Origin: Candidatus Aenigmatarchaeota archaeon
GTDB lineage: Archaea > Nanobdellota > Nanobdellia > Woesearchaeales > ARS49
Assembly (NCBI GenBank): GCA_016198725.1
Contig: JACQIC010000078.1
Coordinates: forward strand, 1 to 31,102
DNA: 31,102 nt
Direction: 5' to 3'
In this document: in pieces, positions 17,080-24,221 of the stretch
Layout: the number at the start of each line of letters is the position of its first letter
Numbering within the stretch: position 1 is the first letter of the stretch
The notes under the pieces: generated by a model
The model's input: only the letters and a program-made list of their open reading frames with translations
Databases searched by the model: none
Told to the model about the DNA's origin: nothing
Program-made: the position numbers and the translations under genes

Positions 17080-18565
17080 TTCCAAACCTCCAGTGCGGTT
17101 TTGTAAAGTAAAGATGCTCGCCAAATCTTTCAGTATCACCGCCAGAAGCCATAAATTCAAATCCGGCGGGAATGTTCAAATACCTCTGACCTTTCAGGTC
17201 ATAAAAGAAAGGATGATTGTCTCTAAGTTCAAAAAAAAGCTTTGCGAACCCGACAGCAAGATTTGCGAACAATTGCTTATTATGGTCGCGCATGTGAAGT
17301 TTTTCTTTCCGCTCATGCTCCACCATACTCTCAAAATCAGCGAGTTGTGTTTGCAATTCATTTCTCACAGATTCAAGTTTTAATCTTATTCTGGAGCATA
17401 CATCAATAAAGTAATTCTTGTCAATTTCAACATCACCGAAGTTTTTGAGTTCTGCATTTATTTCAGATTTTGGAAAATATCTTTCAGCGATTCGTACGGC
17501 ATTATTTGTAAGAGAACGGTGTACGGTTTGTCTGGCAGCGCCTGCTTCAGCCTGCTTCAGTTGCGCAAAAGAAAGAGAAACTCCTTCAATCTGCGCACTG
17601 TACTGAGCACGCTGTTTTGCTGTTTCCCTGTCAAATGCAGAAAGAGCATGTTCTCCTTCCATCCAAATATCCAGTGCAAGCACTGCTGTCAAATAATCAC
17701 GTTCAGTTGAATTCAAATCATGTGACTCACGTGATGGTTCAATGTTCAATCTTTTTTCATCCGCTGAAATTCCAACTCTTTTCATCATTTCACTACTATC
17801 TTTTGCTTTTTGGCTGGCAACGAAACCTCCAATAAGAACAACATCAAGCGGATAAACTTCCTGTAAAACACTTCTTAAAACACTGTCCTCTGAATAAAAA
17901 CTGTCTACAGCAGGATGAGCTTCGTTATTAATATACTTTAGAAAGTTGCGCGGGTCTTCACTTTTTTCGATTTTTTCAACTGCACAAATCGCCTTAATCA
18001 TATCATTGCCTTCAAAGACATGAACGTGAGAAAGTATATCAGGAACTTTGCCTCCACGTCTGAAATAGTCAAAAACAGCTTGTCCTTCAGCATTAAGTTG
18101 CAAGTAACCAGTAATATCTTCGGTATACGTTCTATTGGTGAACCAAAATTCAAAAATATCAGCGCCGTTGGCTAATTTTGGAACTGACTCAAAAAGAGCT
18201 GCGGCAGCAATGCAATGAAGAGATTCGCTTGCTGACAAAACACGCTCAGTAAAGCCTCCGCTAACTTTTGCAAACAATGATGACGAATTTTTTAATATTG
18301 CATACGCCACAGGATCGGGAAATACACGCACCACATTCACCAAACGTTCTGCATTACTATTTCCCAAAACTTTCAAAACATCCTTTCCATAAACGTACCA
18401 GGCAAGCAACATGTCTGAACTGTGTTCAAATTGCGAACCAAATTTTATCACATTATTCTGGCCAGCAAGTTTTCTGACTAAGACTTCAAGACCTTTAGGG
18501 CTTACTTTTTTGCCAAGTTTAGCATTTAACTGCAAGTTCAAATTAACCAAATCATCCATGACCAT
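17066..18565 (-). CDS. hypothetical protein (499 aa, helical/coiled-coil C-terminal half) coupled to the DGR target
   Basis: Long ORF with TTTATAAA at 18588-18581; start may be 18559. 14-bp overlap with the target gene. No family recognised. Confidence 0.75.
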   Translation of the reverse strand: MVMDDLVNLNLQLNAKLGKKVSPKGLEVLVRKLAGQNNVIKFGSQFEHSSDMLLAWYVYGKDVLKVLGNSNAERLVNVVRVFPDPVAYAILKNSSSLFAKVSGGFTERVLSASESLHCIAAAALFESVPKLANGADIFEFWFTNRTYTEDITGYLQLNAEGQAVFDYFRRGGKVPDILSHVHVFEGNDMIKAICAVEKIEKSEDPRNFLKYINNEAHPAVDSFYSEDSVLRSVLQEVYPLDVVLIGGFVASQKAKDSSEMMKRVGISADEKRLNIEPSRESHDLNSTERDYLTAVLALDIWMEGEHALSAFDRETAKQRAQYSAQIEGVSLSFAQLKQAEAGAARQTVHRSLTNNAVRIAERYFPKSEINAELKNFGDVEIDKNYFIDVCSRIRLKLESVRNELQTQLADFESMVEHERKEKLHMRDHNKQLFANLAVGFAKLFFELRDNHPFFYDLKGQRYLNIPAGFEFMASGGDTERFGEHLYFTKPHWRFGNVRA

Positions 18566-18602
18566 CTTAAAGATTACTATTTTATAAACCTTGTTGTTTT
18601 GA

Positions 18603-19874
18603 TTATTGAACAGTGGTGACAGAATCCCTTATCGCCGCCTTCGCAGCAATCTCTCCAGATTCAAGTGCAGTATTTTGGTTTCTTATTTTCGGGAAAGTTA
18701 CCTGAATGCCTGCCATGTAGACTCCTTTGATGGGCGTGCGGACGTCAGGCATATATTTAACATAGTCTTTTTCATAAACTGGTTCTGAGTATTTTTCCCT
18801 GAAGACTTTCACCCAGACAGGTTTTAAGTCTGGAAAGAATTTTCTGATGCTGGCGAGATATTCTTGTTTTATTTGTTCATCTGTTTTGTTCCAGTCTTCT
18901 TCAGAGCCGCCGTAACGCACGCACCAGGTTATTTTGTTTTTGTATTTGTCAATCAGCCATGAATGCTGCATTATTACTTGCACTTGTTCGCTGAAAATGT
19001 TCAGCCAGTAATTTCCATTATTCAGCAGTTCTTTTGTTGCAAATACAAGACCAATTACTGGGCAGTAATGTACTTTTGATACTTTTGCAGTATACTCGTC
19101 AGGAAAACCGGTTGTTATTTTCAGCAGCTCTGGAAGTGGAATTGTATTAATTATTATATCTGCTTCAAAAGTCTGATTCTCAGTTCTAACAATTTTTTTC
19201 AGCACATCAACATGTTTTATTTTTGTGTTAACAAGAATTACTCCGCCTCTTGCCTTAATATCTTTTTCCAACCCATCAATCATTGGCTGCAAGCCTCGTT
19301 GTGGAAACATGAAATCATCATAAACTTCTTTCTCATAAAGACGATACGCAAACTGTTTTGCAGCTATTCTGTCCAGCGGAATGTTAAACTTGTTCCTGCC
19401 ATACAGATTATACCAAATATAGTCAGTTGCTTCTCTGCCGCAATACTTGTACAGCCAAGTCTTTGCATCAAGCTCATCAGGAATTTTCGATGGGCTCATC
19501 AAAAAAATAGTGTACAATCCAAATAACCCAAAACGGAATTTTGCCCACAAAGAAAGTTTTGGGAATTTAAGCAGGCCAAAAGGGCTTTGAATGTTGTAAA
19601 AAATTCCATTCACGCCAATCGCGACCTTCACCTTTTTCCACACAATGTTGCTCATGCAGCCATAGCGTGCAAGATATTTTTGAGTGACAGTATTGTGTTT
19701 AACAATGTGATGATAATACTTGGGAATCTGCTCACCATTCATTTCAAAACTCGACGCCAAACCACCCAAAAAAGGTGCGTGTTCAAGAATAGTCACCTTC
19801 CACCCAGCGTCTAACAGTTTGTCTGCTGCTGCAAGGCCTGACAAGCCGCCTCCAAGGATGATAGCACGATTCAT
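18603..19874 (-). CDS. FAD-dependent oxidoreductase (protoporphyrinogen/amine-oxidase fold) of glycan clusters
   Basis: Start re-set to MNRAIILGGGLSGLAAA; ILE..PFLGGLASSF, KYYHHI, YMAGI, ALESGEIAA. Confidence 0.85.
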   Translation of the reverse strand: MNRAIILGGGLSGLAAADKLLDAGWKVTILEHAPFLGGLASSFEMNGEQIPKYYHHIVKHNTVTQKYLARYGCMSNIVWKKVKVAIGVNGIFYNIQSPFGLLKFPKLSLWAKFRFGLFGLYTIFLMSPSKIPDELDAKTWLYKYCGREATDYIWYNLYGRNKFNIPLDRIAAKQFAYRLYEKEVYDDFMFPQRGLQPMIDGLEKDIKARGGVILVNTKIKHVDVLKKIVRTENQTFEADIIINTIPLPELLKITTGFPDEYTAKVSKVHYCPVIGLVFATKELLNNGNYWLNIFSEQVQVIMQHSWLIDKYKNKITWCVRYGGSEEDWNKTDEQIKQEYLASIRKFFPDLKPVWVKVFREKYSEPVYEKDYVKYMPDVRTPIKGVYMAGIQVTFPKIRNQNTALESGEIAAKAAIRDSVTTVQ

Positions 19875-19899
19875 AATATGGCATAGATTCATACAGTTT

Positions 19900-20943
19900 T
19901 TAAAGATATTCGACAAAATGAATGCTGCTGAACTCTTTTGCATACTCTTGATTTTTCTTAAGAAAATCTTTTGCCAGTTTTTTTCCTTTTAATTCATGCC
20001 AGACAATAGTGTTATAAAATGTTGCGCCGGCAGCAAAAATTTTGAACAATGGTGTGTGAAACAGCAGGTGTTTGAAAAATGGAATTTTTATAAACATCAT
20101 TTCAATGTTAACAACAGGATGGTTGCTGATGTTTGCGCGGACAAAAGGAATAATTTCAAGTTCGTCGCCAATAATGTCAAACTTGCTTGAACCAATACCG
20201 AGTTTTTCAGCATGTGCGATGAAAGGAATTTCACACAATTTGAAACCCATCATTGTTGCAAGCGTTGCATCAAGGGAAACAAGGTCGTGTGATGCAAGCA
20301 CACTGTTCATTGCTTTTGGCGTGCCTGTGCGAGGTCCTTCGCCTTCAATGCAGACAGTTGCATCAGCAACAGCAAAGTCAACCTTCAAAGCTTTGTTGAT
20401 TTCAGCAATTACTTCATGCACGTGATCATGATACAGGTGCCGATAGCGTGGAATTGTGCCCCACTGGTTTTTCAGCGCTCCAGTCATTGTTGAAACATTG
20501 TGCGTTTTTGGCACTGGAATTGTAACAATTGAATCAGCATCAGTCAGCGGTGTTGGGAACTCTACTGTTTTCAAAATGTCATTTCCTGTTTTTTTTCTGA
20601 CAGGATATTTTGACAGGTTGACAAAACGTGCGCCCACGTCTTTGCAAACATCAAGATACCCCCAGTTTTTTGCTCCTTTATCCACTTGTCGTGTTGTTGC
20701 AACGTCAGCATCTCCCACAGTAATTGATTTTGTTTTTTTCTGCAGTACGCGAAGTACGCCTTCAAGAACCCATGGTGATGTGCATAAGCCAGGAACAACC
20801 TGGTGAGAAAGAAGATTAACTTTCACAAAAACATTTCCTTTGACAAATGACTTCCAAGATGCAAGTTTCATCACTTGTTCAACAGCATCAAGAACAGCAG
20901 ATTTTGATATCTGCCTTATTTTTTTATGGGCAACTACTGACAT
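19900..20943 (-). CDS. DUF362 family protein
   Basis: VFVKVNLL, CTSPWVLEGVL, VGDAD, PVPKTHNVSTMTGALKNQWG, ADATVCIEGEGP, LASHDLVSLDA. Confidence 0.85.
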   Translation of the reverse strand: MSVVAHKKIRQISKSAVLDAVEQVMKLASWKSFVKGNVFVKVNLLSHQVVPGLCTSPWVLEGVLRVLQKKTKSITVGDADVATTRQVDKGAKNWGYLDVCKDVGARFVNLSKYPVRKKTGNDILKTVEFPTPLTDADSIVTIPVPKTHNVSTMTGALKNQWGTIPRYRHLYHDHVHEVIAEINKALKVDFAVADATVCIEGEGPRTGTPKAMNSVLASHDLVSLDATLATMMGFKLCEIPFIAHAEKLGIGSSKFDIIGDELEIIPFVRANISNHPVVNIEMMFIKIPFFKHLLFHTPLFKIFAAGATFYNTIVWHELKGKKLAKDFLKKNQEYAKEFSSIHFVEYL

Positions 20944-20965
20944 GTAAGTGCAGACAGAATAATGG

Positions 20966-20998
20966 TTATAAATATGGTGGCTTCATAAGCTATATAAA
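20966..20998. promoter_or_regulatory. back-to-back TATA boxes for the divergent DUF362 genes
   Basis: TTATAAAT 20966-20973 (23-30 nt from the minus-strand ATG 20943) and TATATAAA 20991-20998 (22-29 nt from ATG 21020). Confidence 0.55.
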
Positions 20999-21019
20999 CT
21001 TCCTGTGTTCAATTGTCTT

Positions 21020-22093
21020 ATGTCTAAGCAAAGTATTGTTGCAGTTTTGAAAACGACTCCTCGGACTGTTTTGCAGGATTATTCAAAACTCATGCGTTTG
21101 GCAGAATATCAGAAATTCCTGCCAAAAAAACACGAAACAATTCTCAAGCTTAACTTGTCTTGGAGTATGTATTACCCTGCATGTAGCACAGAGCCATGGC
21201 AGTTGGATGGAGTTTTAAAAACTTTAAATGAAGATGGATATAATGGATTGCATGCTGTTGAGAACAAAACAGTTGTTACAAAGCCATGGAAGGGTGCAGA
21301 GGGTAACAAATGGCTTTCAGTTCTTCAAAAATACAATCTTAAATTTGAGCCTTTGACAGAAGTTGAATGGGTTAATTATACTCCAAAACATGAAATGCTT
21401 GCGCTTCACCATATTTTTGATGACGGTCATCAGATTCCTAAAATGTTTGTTGGGAAGAATGTTCTGCATTTTCCTACGATAAAAACTCATGGCCATACTC
21501 TGATGACTGGTGCGATGAAAAATGCTTTTGGCGGGCTTATTACAGAAAAACGTCATCATTGCCATAAGCTGATTCATGAAGTGCTTGTTGATTTGCTGCA
21601 AATACAGAAAGAAATTCATTCAGGTATCTTCGCAGTCATGGATGGAACAGTTTGCGGTGATGGTGCAGGTCCCAGAACCATGATTCCAAGAATCCACAAT
21701 TACATCCTCGCAAGCAATGACCAAGTGGCCATTGACGCGATATCAGCAAAAATGATGGGTTATGATCCTCTTAGCATTAAATTCATTAAAATCGCGCATG
21801 ACAAAGGACTTGGTACAGGCGATATAGATCAGATAGACATTATCGGAGAGGATATTTCAAATGTTAATTTTCATTTTACAACTAACAAAAGCCCTGTAAT
21901 TGCAGGAGATCAGTTGTTCAGAAAAGGTGCGTTGAGTTTTATTGAGCCGTGGCTTTTTCATACAGGGCTTTTCAACTTGTGCATATTTGGCTCTGAATTT
22001 TACCATGATAAGCTCTGGTATCCGACAATTGGAAAATGGCGCATTAACAAATTCATGAAAACAGAATGGGGAAAATTATTTGCAAAATACTAA
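21020..22093 (+). CDS. DUF362 family protein (second copy)
   Basis: ILKLNLSW, CSTEPWQLDGV, PTIKTHGHTLMTGAMKNAFGG, MDGTVCGDGAGP, ASNDQVAIDA. Confidence 0.85.
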   Translation: MSKQSIVAVLKTTPRTVLQDYSKLMRLAEYQKFLPKKHETILKLNLSWSMYYPACSTEPWQLDGVLKTLNEDGYNGLHAVENKTVVTKPWKGAEGNKWLSVLQKYNLKFEPLTEVEWVNYTPKHEMLALHHIFDDGHQIPKMFVGKNVLHFPTIKTHGHTLMTGAMKNAFGGLITEKRHHCHKLIHEVLVDLLQIQKEIHSGIFAVMDGTVCGDGAGPRTMIPRIHNYILASNDQVAIDAISAKMMGYDPLSIKFIKIAHDKGLGTGDIDQIDIIGEDISNVNFHFTTNKSPVIAGDQLFRKGALSFIEPWLFHTGLFNLCIFGSEFYHDKLWYPTIGKWRINKFMKTEWGKLFAKY

Positions 22094-22094
22094 A

Positions 22095-22970
22095 ATGCAG
22101 ATTATCAACATCGTAAAACTTCTGCGGCCTCAGCAGTGGTACAAAAACCTTTTGATTTTTCTGCCAATAATTTTTGTTGGACAACTGTTTGATGCCTCTG
22201 CATTGTTGAGAACTGTATTTGGTTTTTTTGTGTTGTGTGGAATCTCATCAGCAAACTATATAATTAATGATATTATTGATAGGAAAGTAGACAGGCAGCA
22301 TCCTGAAAAAAAAAACAGGCCAATAGCGAGCGGTGCAATAAGTATTCTTGTCGCATCATGTATTTCAGTTATTTTGTTGCTCGCTTCTCTTTTGTCTGCT
22401 TATTCAGGAGGAGCGCTGTTTTTTTGGACAGTTGTTTTTCTTTTCGCGTTCACACAATTATATTCATTCATTCTTAAAGAAAAATTATTTCTTGACATTC
22501 TGAGCATAGCAACAAATTTTGTTGTTAGGGCTGTTGCAGGAACATTTCTTATTAATGTTAAAATATCGCCTTGGCTTGTGCTTTGTACTTTCTTCCTGTC
22601 GCTTTATCTCTCGGTTGGCAAAAGGCATGCAGAAGTATTATATTTGGGTGAAAAAGCTGCAATGGTCAGAACAACACATCAATATTACACAAAAGAGTTG
22701 ACAACATCCCTGCTCAACATTTCCACAAGCCTGCTCATCATATCATACAGTCTTTACTCATTTCTTTCAGAACACAAAAACTTGTTGATTACATTGCCTT
22801 TTGCGTTATATGTAATTTTTATCTACTACCACCACATAATTAGTGGCAACAAAATAGCAAGACATCCTGAATATGTTTTTCTTGATTTAAGAATGATTGC
22901 GGGGATGATGTTGTGGAGCATACTCACGGTTGTTTTGCTGTATTTGCCGTCTTTGAATGTGCTTGTATAG
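22095..22970 (+). CDS. UbiA-family decaprenyl-phosphate phosphoribosyltransferase-like protein
   Basis: LLRPQQWYKNLLIF, SANYIINDIIDRKVDRQHPEKKNRPIASG, YSFILK, RAVAG, SVGKRHAE. Confidence 0.85.
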   Translation: MQIINIVKLLRPQQWYKNLLIFLPIIFVGQLFDASALLRTVFGFFVLCGISSANYIINDIIDRKVDRQHPEKKNRPIASGAISILVASCISVILLLASLLSAYSGGALFFWTVVFLFAFTQLYSFILKEKLFLDILSIATNFVVRAVAGTFLINVKISPWLVLCTFFLSLYLSVGKRHAEVLYLGEKAAMVRTTHQYYTKELTTSLLNISTSLLIISYSLYSFLSEHKNLLITLPFALYVIFIYYHHIISGNKIARHPEYVFLDLRMIAGMMLWSILTVVLLYLPSLNVLV

Positions 22971-23055
22971 GAGCGGAACTTAATTTTCGTATGTTTTATA
23001 TTCCGCTCCTATATCCACAAGAGATTACTATTTTATACTATTATTAATCTCTTGT
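22966..23055. terminator. tandem pair of inverted repeats between convergent genes; candidate bidirectional terminator
   Basis: TATAGGAGCGGAA 22966-22978 / TTCCGCTCCTATA 23001-23013 and ACAAGAGATTA 23017-23027 / TAATCTCTTGT 23045-23055. Confidence 0.7.
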
Positions 23056-23065
23056 CGTATATAGG

Positions 23066-23794
23066 TTAAAACAACTTGCACACGTTCTCATACTGTTCTG
23101 GCGTGCCAATGTCAAACCAGTTCCCGCTGAATGAGAAACCGTACACAGGACTCTTCTTGTGCAGCCATGCAATAAAATCGCCTGCACGGTCTGGCTTGTT
23201 GCCCTCTTTAAGATATTGCCCGATCAATGCAACATCCTCTTTTTTCAAAAAGTAGCATAATGTTGCCACGAGGGAAGAACGTGGCTGTGTTGGCTTCTCG
23301 ATGAAATTCACGATTTTTTGTGATGTATCAAGAGTTACAACTCCAAACTGAGACGCAAGCGGCAGATTCTTGATGTCAAACACTGCAAGTGCAGAAGAGT
23401 TATTTTTCCTTGCAAAATCAACAAAATCAGTAATTGAAAACTCAAACAAGTTATCGCCGCCAACGATCAGCAAATTTTCATTTATGTTTTTCGCCTGCAC
23501 TGCAAGTGCGATATCTCCGATGGTTCCTAAACGGTCGTTATCGGACTTCGTGCCGTCATTAATCACGTGAATATTCTTGTCAGTCATGGCAGTCTGCGCC
23601 CATTTCGTGAAATGAGAAGCAAAACGGTCATTTGAAACAATCACAATCTCGTCCACTTCTGTAATCTCATTTATTTTGTCAACAATTCGGCTCAGCATTG
23701 GTCTGCCGCCAACAGGCAGAAGGGCTTTAGGCATGTTTTCTGTCAAAGGATACAAACGAGTGGCATAACCTGCTGCGGGAATTATGGCTTTCAT
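23066..23794 (-). CDS. sugar-1-phosphate nucleotidyltransferase (NTP_transferase family, no beta-helix domain)
   Basis: Start re-set to MKAIIPAAGYATRLYPLT..PKALLPV; GGDN, FGVV, FIEKP, WFDIGT. Confidence 0.9.
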   Translation of the reverse strand: MKAIIPAAGYATRLYPLTENMPKALLPVGGRPMLSRIVDKINEITEVDEIVIVSNDRFASHFTKWAQTAMTDKNIHVINDGTKSDNDRLGTIGDIALAVQAKNINENLLIVGGDNLFEFSITDFVDFARKNNSSALAVFDIKNLPLASQFGVVTLDTSQKIVNFIEKPTQPRSSLVATLCYFLKKEDVALIGQYLKEGNKPDRAGDFIAWLHKKSPVYGFSFSGNWFDIGTPEQYENVCKLF

Positions 23795-23796
23795 GA

Positions 23797-23836
23797 ATTT
23801 TCCGAATTCAGCGATGTGAGCTTCATTCAGGAAAAT
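23797..23836 (-). repeat. REP-like hairpin, copy 3 (degenerate)
   Basis: Minus strand ATTTTCC TGAATGA AGC TCACAT CGCT GAATTC GGAAAAT, ending 2 nt before the nucleotidyltransferase ATG. Confidence 0.6.
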
Positions 23837-23913
23837 CTCATCATTAGTCACTTTTAAATTTTGTGAATGAACATGAGTAACATTTAAAAAGAGCCTGCAA
23901 TTAACACGCGATA

Positions 23914-24020
23914 GGACGGTCACAGGGGCAGGGTTCACCCAGACTCATTCGAACCTGGCAGTTAAACCAGCCTCCGTACCGGACTGTACTGCACTACGCG
24001 GGAACTCCGGTAAGCTGTCC
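23914..24020 (+). rRNA. rrf: 5S rRNA, archaeal type, unlinked
   Basis: Helix I GGACGG/CTGTCC; CATTCGAAC, GTTAA, GTACCGGACTGTACTG and GGGAACTCCGG match archaeal 5S segments. TTTAAAAA at 23883-23890. Exact ends are uncertain by a few nt. Confidence 0.85.
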
Positions 24021-24034
24021 ACTTTACTTTCATC

Positions 24035-24135
24035 ATTTTCTCGAGTTCATTCGGCTTCGCCTCACTCACACGAGAAAATTCAATTTCTCGAATTTGCACT
24101 GAATGAAGCGCGAAGCGCTGAATTCGGGCAAATTC
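24035..24135. repeat. REP-like hairpins, copies 4 (-) and 5 (+), back to back
   Basis: ATTTTCTCG 24035-24043 / CGAGAAAAT 24071-24079 with core GGC-GAA-GCC (-); GAATTTGC 24090-24097 / GCAAATTC 24128-24135 with core AGCGC-GAA-GCGCT. Confidence 0.7.
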
Positions 24136-24221
24136 TCGTCAGGGAAGAACCTCACTGATATGCGGCAAATAGGCGAGCCACGTACGAAAAATATTAATAT
24201 TAATTGTGATAGTGTGTATTG

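Noticed and set aside
23795-23938. 48-aa N-terminal extension of the nucleotidyltransferase in the ORF track
   Set aside because: It overlaps the 5S rRNA and a repeat; the family motif begins at MKAIIPAAG (23794).
24136-24200. tRNA or other small RNA upstream of the S-layer gene
   Set aside because: No cloverleaf, T-loop or acceptor stem found. AATATTAATATT is more simply a promoter element.
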